Below are positions 19,047 to 29,108 of a stretch of 64,000 nt of DNA, piece after piece; the first letter of the stretch is position 1; each line of letters opens with the position of its first letter. Both the position numbers and the translations under genes were made by a program. Origin of the DNA: an uncultured Gammaproteobacteria bacterium (GTDB lineage Bacteria; Patescibacteriota; Microgenomatia; Daviesbacterales; UBA10151); contig CAZFYQ010000005.1 of assembly GCA_964523905.1 (NCBI GenBank), forward strand, positions 10,299 through 74,298, written 5' to 3'. The notes beneath the pieces were generated by a model. That model made no database searches, had not been told where the DNA came from, and worked only from the letters and a program-made list of their open reading frames with translations.

Positions 19047-20271
19047 GAAAAATCTTTCTATTGATCAAGCTATAAAAAACCACAAAAGATAAAATATCAG
19101 ATGCCACAGTCACCCAAGCTGCTCCAATAAAACCCATGCCAGGAATTAATAACAGATTTAAAACCACATTAAATGCTACGGTTAATAGCGAGTAGTAAAT
19201 TACCTGCTTTAAATATTTATCGGAGGATAAAAGCACCTGTACCCCCGGGGTGGCCATAAAGATAAATGGTAAAGATAAAGCAAGTATTTGGATGGCAGAA
19301 ATTGCCGGTAAAAACTGTGGCAGGAAAAAATGAATTAATGGGGGTAATATAAAAACATATCCCACATAAGCTAAAACCCCAAGCATTGCCATTAACTTTA
19401 AACTTTTAAAATAGAGTTTTTTCATCTCCTCAGTGCCACTGTCATGCAATTTAGCCAAACTGGGGAAAAGTGCAGAGGCAAAAGCGCTGGGTACAAAAAT
19501 AATTGCTTCTAGAAATCGGTAGGAGATACCATATATTCCAGTTTCAAAACTACCCCGCAAATAAGACAGGATTATGGTATCAATCCGAAAATATAACAAG
19601 CCCAATATCCCTAATATTCCATAGGGCAAGGATCCTTTTAAAGCTTTTTTTAAAATACTTAGACTAATATTGGTTAAAGATAACACCCGACGCTTTTGTA
19701 AGAATAGGAAAAGCACTAAAACCAGTGTTAATTGTCCAATAATTAAGGCAGAGACTACTCCAGTTGGTCCAAATCCTAAGGTCACCAAATATACACCAAA
19801 CAAAGCATTAACTAAGCTAGAAATAAATAAAGCCAAGGCAGATAATTTAAAACCCTGAGTGGCTAAGAATATGCCATCAAAAGTTAATGCCACTGATTGC
19901 GGCAAAATTGCCAACACTGCCAGCAAAGTTAAATCTACCCGAGTTTTATCCGGATCCAGTAAATATAAACCAAGAGCAAACAGGCCAAAGGTGATGGAAG
20001 TTAGAGTTAAACGAAGCATTAAGACGTTACAAGTTAACTCTGATATTTTTAATTGGTCGCGGGAAATTTCTCGAATTAAAAAACGGTTAAATCCCAAATC
20101 AGCTACTGCAGAAACAATGGAAAAATAAGCTAAAGCCACAGTATATAAACCATAATCAGCTACCCCTAAATTCTTGGCCAGGAAAATCGTATAAAAAAAA
20201 CCGATTAATTTAGTTAAAACCTGAGCTGAAACAAGCCACGAAGCTTGCCTTAAAATCTGCCTCATATCCAA
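19033..20271 (-). CDS. Wzx-type polysaccharide flippase
   Basis: LGVADYGLY, DLG, YFRIDTIILS, GIYG, GAAWVT; about 12 TMs. Confidence 0.88.
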   Translation of the reverse strand: MDMRQILRQASWLVSAQVLTKLIGFFYTIFLAKNLGVADYGLYTVALAYFSIVSAVADLGFNRFLIREISRDQLKISELTCNVLMLRLTLTSITFGLFALGLYLLDPDKTRVDLTLLAVLAILPQSVALTFDGIFLATQGFKLSALALFISSLVNALFGVYLVTLGFGPTGVVSALIIGQLTLVLVLFLFLQKRRVLSLTNISLSILKKALKGSLPYGILGILGLLYFRIDTIILSYLRGSFETGIYGISYRFLEAIIFVPSAFASALFPSLAKLHDSGTEEMKKLYFKSLKLMAMLGVLAYVGYVFILPPLIHFFLPQFLPAISAIQILALSLPFIFMATPGVQVLLSSDKYLKQVIYYSLLTVAFNVVLNLLLIPGMGFIGAAWVTVASDILSFVVFYSLINRKIFHGSR

Positions 20272-20334
20272 ATTGTACCATCCTTGTCACTATGCTTGAC
20301 TTTGCATCATTAGGATCTATAATCTACAGGTAAT

Positions 20335-20781
20335 ATGGCTGCAACTCCAGAAACATATCAAGAAACACGTGCACATGATTTGGGCTTCAAGGATGAAAAG
20401 GGACAGCCGGTGCTGGGCGTGGGTAAAAGATATACAGAAGATAGTCTTTATCGTTTTATGTATTTGGCTGAAGAGGCTCTCAAACCCGCAAGAATCGTAG
20501 TTACCCTAGGTCTCAAAGAAATAGACACCCCACATGGTGAAGATAAATTACAGTTTACTACTATTACTAAAATTGAGGGCATTTCAATAGAAGAAGCGGC
20601 TTCAAGATTAATGGTGCTAAGAGAAAGTGGACCAAGTTGGGCATTTAAACCAATTCGAAGGACTGGTGACCAAATTGATTATGCGTCTACTACAATTGGT
20701 CCCAATGATACATTAGCTCTATTTAACTTCGATACTGAAGAATTTACACACCTTGTGCCAGCAGCAACAACTCTAAAATAG
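20335..20781 (+). CDS. hypothetical protein
   Basis: 148-aa ORF, TTGACT...TATAAT upstream, stop overlaps a REP copy. Confidence 0.72.
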   Translation: MAATPETYQETRAHDLGFKDEKGQPVLGVGKRYTEDSLYRFMYLAEEALKPARIVVTLGLKEIDTPHGEDKLQFTTITKIEGISIEEAASRLMVLRESGPSWAFKPIRRTGDQIDYASTTIGPNDTLALFNFDTEEFTHLVPAATTLK

Positions 20782-20820
20782 CTTCCAATCCCAGGGGTTG
20801 AATACGTTCAAACCTCAGGA
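20780..20820 (+). repeat. REP-like 40-bp repeat, copy 1
   Basis: AGCTTCCAATCCCAGGGGTTGAATACGTTCAAACCTCAGGA; one mismatch to the copy at 40836. Confidence 0.9.
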
Positions 20821-20912
20821 TTTTTATTAGCCAAACTTTTATGATGATTTTCACCGGACTTAGGCGCTAAATATTTGACAGTTATCCTATAAGCTGATAG
20901 AATCGGGGCAAT

Positions 20913-21338
20913 ATGGCAGAACGTGAGCGAACAGGTTCAAAATTATCTCAGGACACAAACCCGGCAGCTGAATTAAGACAGAGGATTAAAGAGGCTGCTT
21001 TAGCTAACCCGGAAATTGTGGCCTTGGCTGCTGATGCTTGGTTTGAAGGAGAATCTACAATTGAGGTAGGGAACGGAGGAGATAGATTAACTATTGATTC
21101 AGAACCACACCCTTTTGGTATTGGTCGAGTACTAAGAGTGACCAATGTAATTGACACCATGAATGGGTATAGACAGATGGAGCTTTTCGTGGCCACAAAC
21201 AACCGACCAAACAGTACATATGATTCAGTAATATTTAGCAAACCCGGACTTCCAGATGAAACTGATAATCCAGCTGCAATAGAAGGTGGGAATGATATAT
21301 TATTTGAAATGGAACGATTCCAACCTCGCGAACAGTAA
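20913..21338 (+). CDS. hypothetical protein
   Basis: 141-aa ORF with TTGACA-17-TAGAAT upstream; bracketed by REP copies. Confidence 0.72.
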   Translation: MAERERTGSKLSQDTNPAAELRQRIKEAALANPEIVALAADAWFEGESTIEVGNGGDRLTIDSEPHPFGIGRVLRVTNVIDTMNGYRQMELFVATNNRPNSTYDSVIFSKPGLPDETDNPAAIEGGNDILFEMERFQPREQ

Positions 21339-21343
21339 ATAGC

Positions 21344-21384
21344 AGCTTCCAACCCCGGGTGTTGAATACGTTCAAACCCCAGGA
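21344..21384 (+). repeat. REP-like 40-bp repeat, copy 2
   Basis: AGCTTCCAACCCCGGGTGTTGAATACGTTCAAACCCCAGGA; ends 2 nt from the tRNA-Val 3' end. Confidence 0.9.
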
Positions 21385-21386
21385 TG

Positions 21387-21458
21387 TGGATACTGTAGGG
21401 ATTGGACCTACGACCTCCTCGATGTGAACGAGGCGCTCTACCACTGAGCTAAGTATCC
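21387..21458 (-). tRNA. tRNA-Val(CAC)
   Basis: Reverse complement GGATACT TAGCTCAGTGGTAGAGC G CCTCG-TTCACAT-CGAGG ... GTAGG-TCCAATC-CCTAC AGTATCC A. Confidence 0.93.
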
Positions 21459-21471
21459 TTATTGCGTAACT

Positions 21472-21540
21472 GCGCTCTTCCTGGGAGTCATTTAGACTCC
21501 CGTCACGATTTTCAATCGTGACCCGCTGAGCTATCCGTCC
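21472..21540 (-). pseudogene. tRNA 5' relic with two adjacent hairpins in the D-loop
   Basis: GGACGGA TA GCTC AGCGG [GTCACGATT-GAA-AATCGTGAC][GGGAGTC-TAAAT-GACTCCC] AGGAA GAGC GC; TTGTGA-17-TAGAAT lies 8 nt upstream. Confidence 0.6.
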
Positions 21541-21604
21541 GTTTTCCAATTCTAGCATCCTCTCTCTTGCATCACAACCTAAGTTTTTGCGATAATAGAT
21601 TACT

Positions 21605-22189
21605 GTGGATCCTACAATTTATCAACCCGCCTCTAACAAGGGCTTTTTAGAAAACGCCGGCTCACAAATCATTGATTTTATTCAAACTCTGGTAGTTTTT
21701 GGAGCTATTTTTGCTTTAATTTATATCTTTGTTGCCCAGTTCCACAAAGTCTCCGGCCAATCAATGTTCCCCACCATCCATGATGGAGATTTTTTAGTCA
21801 CAGAAAAAATTAGTTATCGTGTTGGCCAACCAAAACATGGCCAAATCATTGTTTTAAAAGACCCGCGTGATGAATCCCAGGATTTTATTAAACGAATTAT
21901 TGGCTTACCCGGAGATAAAATCAAAATTGATCAAGGCAAATTTTTTCTAAACGGCGGGGTTTTAACTGAGCCATATCTTGCACCCACTGTCCAAGTACAT
22001 GGAGAAAATTTTCTACATGAAGGTCAGGAAATTACTTTAGGACCGGATGAGTACTTTGTAGCAGGAGATAATCGCGAAAACTCTTCTGATTCCAGGGACT
22101 TTGGTCCAATTGCTAAGGAAAAAATGATTGGACGAGCTTTTTTTAGATACTGGCCACCTTCTGCAATCGGCCTGTTAACCAATAAATAA
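21605..22189 (+). CDS. lepB: signal peptidase I
   Basis: VSGQSMFPT, FIKRIIGLPGD, GDNRENSSDSR. Confidence 0.95.
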   Translation: MDPTIYQPASNKGFLENAGSQIIDFIQTLVVFGAIFALIYIFVAQFHKVSGQSMFPTIHDGDFLVTEKISYRVGQPKHGQIIVLKDPRDESQDFIKRIIGLPGDKIKIDQGKFFLNGGVLTEPYLAPTVQVHGENFLHEGQEITLGPDEYFVAGDNRENSSDSRDFGPIAKEKMIGRAFFRYWPPSAIGLLTNK

Positions 22190-22190
22190 T

Positions 22191-23036
22191 TTAGGAGAGA
22201 TTAAAATAACCCACAATAGCTTGACGGATATCTTCTAAAATTGGGGTAGTTTTTCCCGGATCACCTTCAATGGTCATTTCCAATTTCATTTTTTGTCCGG
22301 TTTGCATTAGTTTAACCTGAGTTTTCTCAGCTTTGCGAGAAATAGCAGCTGATAAATCACTTTGCACCTTATCCAACTCATCAGAAACAATATGCATGGT
22401 TTCAGTAACAGCATTTTTCCTAGGCCCAGCTCCTATTCTGGCCCTAAATCTTCGAACCAGTTCTTCAGTACCCCGCACCGATAGGTTTCTTTTTAACACT
22501 TCTTTATATGCTTCAATAATTAAATGCGGATCTTCCAAAGCAGTTAAAGCTCTGGCATGACCTTCAGTGGTGGCACCGGACATTAGAGCGTCTTTTAAAG
22601 CATCCGGCAGGGTCAGGAGTCTAATGGTATTAGAAATATAAGAAGGACTCTTGGAAACTCTTTGGGAAATTTCAGCATTGGTTAAATTAAAATCATCCAT
22701 TAATTTTTTGTAAGCTTGAGCCCGCTCCAAAGGATTTAAATCAATTCTTTGAACATTTTCCACAATGGCCATTTCTAGCATTCCCTGAGGAGTAGTTTCT
22801 CTGATAATTACCGGGACTTTTGGTAAGCCGACTAGTTTGGAGGCTCTCCATCTCCTTTCACCTGCAATAATTTGATATCCAGCCGGAGTTTTGGCCACGA
22901 CAATTGGTTCTAATATGCCATGTGCCCTTAAAGATTCTGCCAGTTCTGAAAGGGATTCAGGGGTAATTAAGCCTCGGGGCTGCAGCGGGTTGGGCTGTAA
23001 CATATCTGTTTCCAGCTCGTAAATTTGTTCATCCAT
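22191..23036 (-). CDS. parB: ParB/Spo0J partition protein
   Basis: PNPLQPR, IIAGERRWRA, ENVQRIDL, HTH, GHARAL. Confidence 0.95.
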   Translation of the reverse strand: MDEQIYELETDMLQPNPLQPRGLITPESLSELAESLRAHGILEPIVVAKTPAGYQIIAGERRWRASKLVGLPKVPVIIRETTPQGMLEMAIVENVQRIDLNPLERAQAYKKLMDDFNLTNAEISQRVSKSPSYISNTIRLLTLPDALKDALMSGATTEGHARALTALEDPHLIIEAYKEVLKRNLSVRGTEELVRRFRARIGAGPRKNAVTETMHIVSDELDKVQSDLSAAISRKAEKTQVKLMQTGQKMKLEMTIEGDPGKTTPILEDIRQAIVGYFNLS

Positions 23037-23038
23037 AT

Positions 23039-23284
23039 TTATACTAAATTAATCACGGTTTTAGACAATTTCTTGGTAAATTTAACTTTACCTTCGGTAA
23101 TTGCAAAAATAGTGTAATCATTACCTTGTTTTGTTCCGACTCCTGGGAAAAATTTATTACCTTTTTGTCTAACAATAATATTTCCGGAAATCACTTTTTC
23201 TCCACCATATTTTTTAACACCCAAGCGCTTGGAAATTGAATCTCTATTTTTCTTGACTGTACCGCCACCTTTTTTATGTGCCAT
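23039..23284 (-). CDS. rpmA: 50S ribosomal protein L27
   Basis: MAHKKGGG...RDS.SKRLGVK...GNIIVRQKG. Confidence 0.97.
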   Translation of the reverse strand: MAHKKGGGTVKKNRDSISKRLGVKKYGGEKVISGNIIVRQKGNKFFPGVGTKQGNDYTIFAITEGKVKFTKKLSKTVINLV

Positions 23285-23296
23285 AGTATTATGAGT

Positions 23297-23602
23297 TTAT
23301 CCTTTTTTGCCTACGCTTGCAACGACTTTAGTCATCTTGGATCTAAAACCGGTATGCTTTCTAAAATTGGCCTTGGCGTGAAACTTATAGACATGGATTT
23401 TAGGCCCTCTGGTTTCCTCCATCACAGTCAGGGCAATAGTATCTTTAACATACGGTTTACCCAAGGTCACTTTTCCGGCTTCGGAAATTAACAGTACCTT
23501 AGCCTCTGGTTTGTCACCAGTTTTAATCTTGACCTCAAAAGGCACATTTGGTAACACTTTAAATTGTTTTCCACCGATTTCAAAAATCGCAAAATCAAAC
23601 AT
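23297..23602 (-). CDS. rplU: 50S ribosomal protein L21
   Basis: AIFEIGGKQFKV...RGPKIHVYKF...GFR; adjacent to rpmA. Confidence 0.93.
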   Translation of the reverse strand: MFDFAIFEIGGKQFKVLPNVPFEVKIKTGDKPEAKVLLISEAGKVTLGKPYVKDTIALTVMEETRGPKIHVYKFHAKANFRKHTGFRSKMTKVVASVGKKG

Positions 23603-23612
23603 GGTTGTGATT

Positions 23613-24668
23613 TTATCTTACTTTGAGGTTGTTTGCAACAGATGAGAGTAATCCTAAAGACATCAGCGTTGCAATCAAAGAGCTACCGCCATAGGAAATT
23701 AAGGGCAAAGTGATCCCAGTGATGGGCAAAATCCCAATATTCATGCCAATATTAACAAAGATCTGACAAATCAGCATTGAAAAAATTCCAATCACCAGTA
23801 AGAAATTAAAGCTATCATTAACCAGGGACGCCACCCTTAAGCAATAGCCCAGCAAAAAAAGGTAAATTACCAAAATAATTAAAGCGCCGGTAAAACCCAG
23901 CTCCTCAACAGTTGAGGCAAAAATAAAATCAGTCCGGTATTCTGGCAGGAATTGTAAACGTGATTGTGTGCCTCTTCCCAAACCCCGACCAAACAATTGC
24001 CCAGAACCAACAGCAATCGTTGACTGAATTTGATTATAACCTCTACCTAAAGGATCAGACTGCGGTGCAAAAAAACCAATGATTCGGTCTCTTTGATAAG
24101 ACCGCAGAAAAAACCAACCAGCAGGGATAATTAAACTAGCCACTAGTATTAATACGGCAATTTTTTTAACTGAAACTCTGGAGGCAAATAGCATCCCTAA
24201 CCAGATTGCCATCAGTGTTAAGGCTGATCCTAAATCCGGTTGGATAAAAATTAACAGAGCCAAAGGGACGGTAATTAACAAGCTCTTAAAAACATTAGCC
24301 CAGCTTGGTGCCATCCTTGACCAAAAATAAGCTAAGCATAAAATCAGTACAGGCTTGGCAAACTCTGAAGCCTGTACATTAAAAAATCCCAGTGGAATCC
24401 AGCGGATTGCTCCCCGACTTTCAAATCCCCAGAAAAATACTACCAGAAGCAAAAAAATAATGAAAATATACAAGGGTTTTACAAAGCGGGTTAAAACATG
24501 CATATCCAGTTGTGACAAAAAAAAGAAAAACACCAAACCAACCACAGCAAACAGTATTTGTTGAAAAGCAAGAGTTTTGGAAGATGAATAAATTACTAAT
24601 ATTCCAATTGACACTAAGAAAATACTGGATAGAATAGTTGGCAGGCTAAAAAACTTAAGGCTACTCAT
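23613..24668 (-). CDS. rodA: rod shape-determining SEDS protein RodA
   Basis: GAIRW, QASEFAK, QPDLG, GYNQIQS, LPEYRTDFIF, GITLPLISYGGSS. Confidence 0.9.
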   Translation of the reverse strand: MSSLKFFSLPTILSSIFLVSIGILVIYSSSKTLAFQQILFAVVGLVFFFFLSQLDMHVLTRFVKPLYIFIIFLLLVVFFWGFESRGAIRWIPLGFFNVQASEFAKPVLILCLAYFWSRMAPSWANVFKSLLITVPLALLIFIQPDLGSALTLMAIWLGMLFASRVSVKKIAVLILVASLIIPAGWFFLRSYQRDRIIGFFAPQSDPLGRGYNQIQSTIAVGSGQLFGRGLGRGTQSRLQFLPEYRTDFIFASTVEELGFTGALIILVIYLFLLGYCLRVASLVNDSFNFLLVIGIFSMLICQIFVNIGMNIGILPITGITLPLISYGGSSLIATLMSLGLLSSVANNLKVR

Positions 24669-27531
24669 GTTCCTTTATAACTGATAAAACATCACCTTTG
24701 GCAATAGCAACCGAGGCAGTACTTTTTAAAATTTGTTCTTCAAAATCTGCAGGCCAAGAAGGAGCAATGATTTTGGTTTTATCTGCCAAGGTTAAATTCG
24801 AATCTTTTCGTAGTTGCTGGATTTGACGGATCAGATCACGAGCCTGTCCTTCCTCTGCTAGCTCTGGAGTAATATTTGTATCCAATTCGACTTTGAGGCT
24901 ATCCGAGGTAGATATATACTCAACAACTTTAACATTTAATTCATCCGCCAGAATTTTTTCCAATTGCTCGCTTGATTTTTCCTCAGCTTGATACATAATC
25001 TTAGCCAAAGGTTGACGTAATTTAACTGCTGCTTCTTTTCGCAGAGCATGTCCTTTTTCCGCAGCTTCCCGAACTATCTTCATTTGTTCAATTAACTCCT
25101 TATTAACCAAAGATGAATCTGCAACTGGATAATCAGTTAGGTGTACAGACTCTTCTGCGGTTAAATTGCGGTATATTTCTTCACTAATAAATGGTATTAA
25201 AGGTGCTCCCAGCTTGGTAACAGTTACCAAAACCTGATACATCACCGACAAACAAGTATTCTGATCTTTAGTATCAGCTTGAGGGCCCACCCGATCACGA
25301 GATCGTCTAATATACCAAGTTGAAAAGTCATTCACCACAAAATCCTCAATTGCGCGCGAAGCCACATACGGATTAAATTTAGAAAGTCCCTCATCTGCAA
25401 TTGTGATAACCTGTGTCAGTCTTGCTAAAATCCACTGATCTAATACTGATAAATTCTGGGTTTCCTCAACACCATCCCAATAAAGTCCAGCGTAGTCGGT
25501 AAAGAACTTGTAGCTGTTCCATAAAATTAGATAAAACCGCCTTTTGACTTCTGATACTGTGTTACGACCAAATAATAAATTGCTCTCCGGATCCTGGGTA
25601 ACAAACATCCATCTCATTACGTCAGAACCCATTTCATCAGCTGCTTCATTAAATTCAATCGAGTTACCCTTAGATTTATGCATTTCTTGACCTTTTTCAT
25701 CTCTGACTAAGGCATAACCATACAGATTTTTAAAGGGGATGGTATTTTTTAAAGCCGTACTCATAGCAATCATGGCATAAAACCAGTTTTTGAACTGTCC
25801 GGGAAACGATTCAGAAACCAAATCAGCCGGAAACCAACCTTCCGGTAAAGTAGAATATGGCACTATCCCAGCATCCAGCCAGGGATTACCAACGTCGGGA
25901 ATTCGAGAGCTTATTTCACCACATTTTGAACATTTAATTTTTACTTGATCAATCCAGGGCCTGTGAGGTGAATTACCATTAAACTGATCCCAACCATCAA
26001 AAGCTTTTTCTTTTAGCTCCTCTTTGCTTCCTAAAACATCAAAATTATGGCAGTTTCTACATTCCCAAATCGGCAAGGCCAACCCCCAGAATCTTTTTTT
26101 GGAAATTAGCCAATCATGCATATTTTTTAACCAATCTAGTTCACGGTCTAAGGCCCATCCGGGAATCCAGTTAATTTTTTTAGCTACTTCTACCATCTGT
26201 TCGCGGTAAGTTTTACCACTCTCATCTGCTTTATCCATTGCGATATACCATTCGTCTACCACTCTCCAAACTAATTCTGTTTTACACCTCCAACAAGTCG
26301 GATAACGATGCTTATACTTTTCTATTTTAAATACCCATTTATTGCCCTGATTTAATAAATAGTCTAAAATTATGCGAGGGTCTTTTTTGGCATTGGTTCC
26401 GGAAAATTCCCCTAAACCTTCTAAATAGTTGGCTCCTTCATCAATAATATCTACCATCGGCAGCCCCAGTTTTTGACCTAATTTAAAATCCTCCACTCCG
26501 GCTGAAACTGCAGTATGAACTAAACCAGTTCCTTCTTCTAAATTAATGGGCATAATCAACTCATCAGTAGCAATCACAGTATGAAAATCCTTGGATTTTT
26601 CAGCAGCTTTTTTAACTGCTGAGAGGTTATCAAAAGCCCACTCATATTTAAGTCCAACCAGTTCTTTACCTTTAACGGTTTTTACAATTTTTGCATTATC
26701 ACCAAAGATTTTTTTAACTAATTCCTTCACTAACCATAATTTATCACCCTCACTTTCAACTAGAGAATAATCAAATTTCACGTCAACTGCTACTGCCACA
26801 TTTCCTGGTAAAGTCCACGGAGTAGTAGTCCAAACTAATAAATTTTCATTATCTCTACCCTCAATCGGCAGTTTAAAATAAATTGATTCATGAGTCACTT
26901 CCTGGTAACCATCTGATTCAATTTCATGTTGAGAAATAGCAGTTCCACACCTGGGACACCAGGGCACACTGTCATGACCTTTATATAACCAGCCTTTTTC
27001 ATTAATTACTTTAATAAAATTCCAAATGGCATAATTATTTTCATCAGATGAGGTGTGATATGAATTATCCCAATCCATAAAATATCCCAGTCTTTTACTT
27101 TGTTCTGTTTGAATTGCAGAATATTTTTTAACCCGGGCCTTACAAAGATTGACAAACTTCTCCAAAGAAGCAAATTCATTTCCGGGAACAAGATTTAAAA
27201 TATCCTTTTTATTTTTAAGACCTAATTCTTTTTCTACTTCTACCTCTACCCAAAGACCTTGTTCATCAAAACCATTTTGAAAACGTTCAGAGTAACCTTT
27301 CATATTATGAAATCTTTGCCAGACATCTTTTAAAGTTCTTCCCCAAGCATGATGCACTCCCATTGGATTATTAGCCGTAATCGGCCCATCTAAATAGGAG
27401 AATTTTTTATCAGAATTTTTGTTCTTATCTAAATATTTCTTAACTATTCCCTCCTTGTACCAGAAATCTAGTAGTGATCTTTCCATTTCCGGAAAATCCA
27501 TTTGAGAAGAAACAGTTCTAAATTTACGCAT
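24661..27531 (-). CDS. ileS: isoleucyl-tRNA synthetase (type 2-like)
   Basis: DGPITAN, WTTTPWTLP, GTGLVH, DWLISKKRFWG, EMHKSKGN, WYIRRSR. Confidence 0.96.
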   Translation of the reverse strand: MRKFRTVSSQMDFPEMERSLLDFWYKEGIVKKYLDKNKNSDKKFSYLDGPITANNPMGVHHAWGRTLKDVWQRFHNMKGYSERFQNGFDEQGLWVEVEVEKELGLKNKKDILNLVPGNEFASLEKFVNLCKARVKKYSAIQTEQSKRLGYFMDWDNSYHTSSDENNYAIWNFIKVINEKGWLYKGHDSVPWCPRCGTAISQHEIESDGYQEVTHESIYFKLPIEGRDNENLLVWTTTPWTLPGNVAVAVDVKFDYSLVESEGDKLWLVKELVKKIFGDNAKIVKTVKGKELVGLKYEWAFDNLSAVKKAAEKSKDFHTVIATDELIMPINLEEGTGLVHTAVSAGVEDFKLGQKLGLPMVDIIDEGANYLEGLGEFSGTNAKKDPRIILDYLLNQGNKWVFKIEKYKHRYPTCWRCKTELVWRVVDEWYIAMDKADESGKTYREQMVEVAKKINWIPGWALDRELDWLKNMHDWLISKKRFWGLALPIWECRNCHNFDVLGSKEELKEKAFDGWDQFNGNSPHRPWIDQVKIKCSKCGEISSRIPDVGNPWLDAGIVPYSTLPEGWFPADLVSESFPGQFKNWFYAMIAMSTALKNTIPFKNLYGYALVRDEKGQEMHKSKGNSIEFNEAADEMGSDVMRWMFVTQDPESNLLFGRNTVSEVKRRFYLILWNSYKFFTDYAGLYWDGVEETQNLSVLDQWILARLTQVITIADEGLSKFNPYVASRAIEDFVVNDFSTWYIRRSRDRVGPQADTKDQNTCLSVMYQVLVTVTKLGAPLIPFISEEIYRNLTAEESVHLTDYPVADSSLVNKELIEQMKIVREAAEKGHALRKEAAVKLRQPLAKIMYQAEEKSSEQLEKILADELNVKVVEYISTSDSLKVELDTNITPELAEEGQARDLIRQIQQLRKDSNLTLADKTKIIAPSWPADFEEQILKSTASVAIAKGDVLSVIKEHE

Positions 27532-27556
27532 AGGGAAATTTTAACAGATAACTAAC

Positions 27557-27847
27557 CTAGACACTAGCAGTTTCTAGAGGAACAGAGGGCAATGGAAGTC
27601 TCAATCTCCCAACCACAAAATTGCATTGCTGCCGTACACCACTCTCCATTATTCGAGATAATCTGGCATCAGCTGTTGCAAGTTGCGCCTTTTTCCAGAT
27701 TAAATTTCCGAGTGGTGTAAATATATCATTATCTGCTGCTCTCCAACCCATATAGCGATAATTGCGCTCAATCTGAGCACTGGAAACTTCATGTTGATAT
27801 CTCTTCAAAGAAGCAGGCACAGTCTCACTTTCTATACCAATTTTCAT
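27557..27847 (-). CDS. hypothetical protein
   Basis: 96-aa ORF starting 2 nt after the ftsZ stop. Confidence 0.55.
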   Translation of the reverse strand: MKIGIESETVPASLKRYQHEVSSAQIERNYRYMGWRAADNDIFTPLGNLIWKKAQLATADARLSRIMESGVRQQCNFVVGRLRLPLPSVPLETASV

Positions 27848-27849
27848 TT

Positions 27850-29016
27850 CTATCTGTTACTCCGTAAAAATGCGGGAATTTCCAAATCTTCGTCTTCTTC
27901 CTGGTGCTCTTTTTCTTCCTCTACTACATCCTGTGAAGAGGTGGTTTGAACAATTGGGTCATCCTGAACTGGAGGAGTACCAGTGGAAAATCCGCTGGAT
28001 TGTTGCTGACCTAAAGAAGCAGAACCCATGCCAGTGCCAATATATTCGCGCAGTCTTCTTCTGGTTTCATCAAAACCGGTAGCAATCACAGAAATCTTGA
28101 TTTGATCCAACTGGTCTTCTTTAATGGTCGCGCCAAAGATAATGTTAGCATCAGGATCTGCTGCCTGGGCAATAATTTGTGCTGCTTCATTAACCTCTGT
28201 CATGGAAAGATCTGCACCACCCACAATGTTAAACAACACTCCTTTGGCTCCTTCTATGGATACTTCAAGTAAAGGTGAGGCAATGGCCATCCTAGCGGCC
28301 GCAGCAGCTCTGTTTTCTCCGCCAGCCATACCAATACCCATCAAGGCTGATCCGGCATTAGACATGATGGTTTTAACATCAGCAAAATCTACATTAATTA
28401 ATCCCGGCATGGTGATTAAATCAGAAATTCCCTGCACTCCTTGACCAAGTACTGAATCTGCCAACTTAAATGCTTCCTGCAAAGTCATATTTTTTTCAAC
28501 GGATTCTAATAGCCTTTGGTTTGGGATAATAATTAAAGCATCAACCTTATCTTTTAGAGCTTCAACACCTTCTTCAGCCACCACCATTCTTCTTGTCCCC
28601 TCAAAAGAAAATGGCTTGGTCACCACAGCCACAGTCAAAGCACCGATTTGTTTGGCAATTTGGGCTACTATCGGAATAGAACCAGTGCCGGTTCCTCCAC
28701 CCATACCGGCTGTTAAAAAAATCATGTCTGCATCTTGTAAAACGTCTTCCAGCTTTTGAGTCGATTCCTCTGCTGCTTGTTTTCCTACATCAGGGTTACC
28801 ACCAGAACCAAGTCCACGGGTTAAAGTTTCACCAATTTGTACTTTGGTCGGAGACTGGTTATTTAACAAGGCCTGAGCATCGGTATTAACAGCTACAAAT
28901 TCCACACCCTGGATCTGTTGCAATGAAATCATCGAGTTTAAAGAATTTGAACCACCACCACCAAGTCCTACAACTTTAATCTTGGCAAATCTTTGAACAT
29001 CAGGTTTGATCAGCAT
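27850..29016 (-). CDS. ftsZ: cell division protein FtsZ
   Basis: [16 protein letters not shown]-terminal LEIPAFLR. Confidence 0.98.
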   Translation of the reverse strand: MLIKPDVQRFAKIKVVGLGGGGSNSLNSMISLQQIQGVEFVAVNTDAQALLNNQSPTKVQIGETLTRGLGSGGNPDVGKQAAEESTQKLEDVLQDADMIFLTAGMGGGTGTGSIPIVAQIAKQIGALTVAVVTKPFSFEGTRRMVVAEEGVEALKDKVDALIIIPNQRLLESVEKNMTLQEAFKLADSVLGQGVQGISDLITMPGLINVDFADVKTIMSNAGSALMGIGMAGGENRAAAAARMAIASPLLEVSIEGAKGVLFNIVGGADLSMTEVNEAAQIIAQAADPDANIIFGATIKEDQLDQIKISVIATGFDETRRRLREYIGTGMGSASLGQQQSSGFSTGTPPVQDDPIVQTTSSQDVVEEEKEHQEEDEDLEIPAFLRSNR

Positions 29017-29062
29017 ATTTTATGAATAGGCAGAATATAACAAAACTTCATGGGAGTAGCAA

Positions 29063-29089
29063 GCCCCAATCAGTTCACATGATTGGGGC
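29063..29089. repeat. perfect 10-bp-stem hairpin between ftsA and ftsZ
   Basis: GCCCCAATCA-GTTCACA-TGATTGGGGC; no U-tract, so not a clear terminator. Confidence 0.55.
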
Positions 29090-29108
29090 AAGTCCCAATC
29101 CCAAACAA

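Noticed and set aside
20780-21384. Possible CRISPR array from the 40-bp repeats
   Set aside because: Copies are about 520 bp apart with a whole gene between them, no cas genes are present, and the repeat flanks a RAYT gene
21235-21558. 107-aa minus-strand ORF
   Set aside because: It overlaps tRNA-Val, the relic and a REP copy
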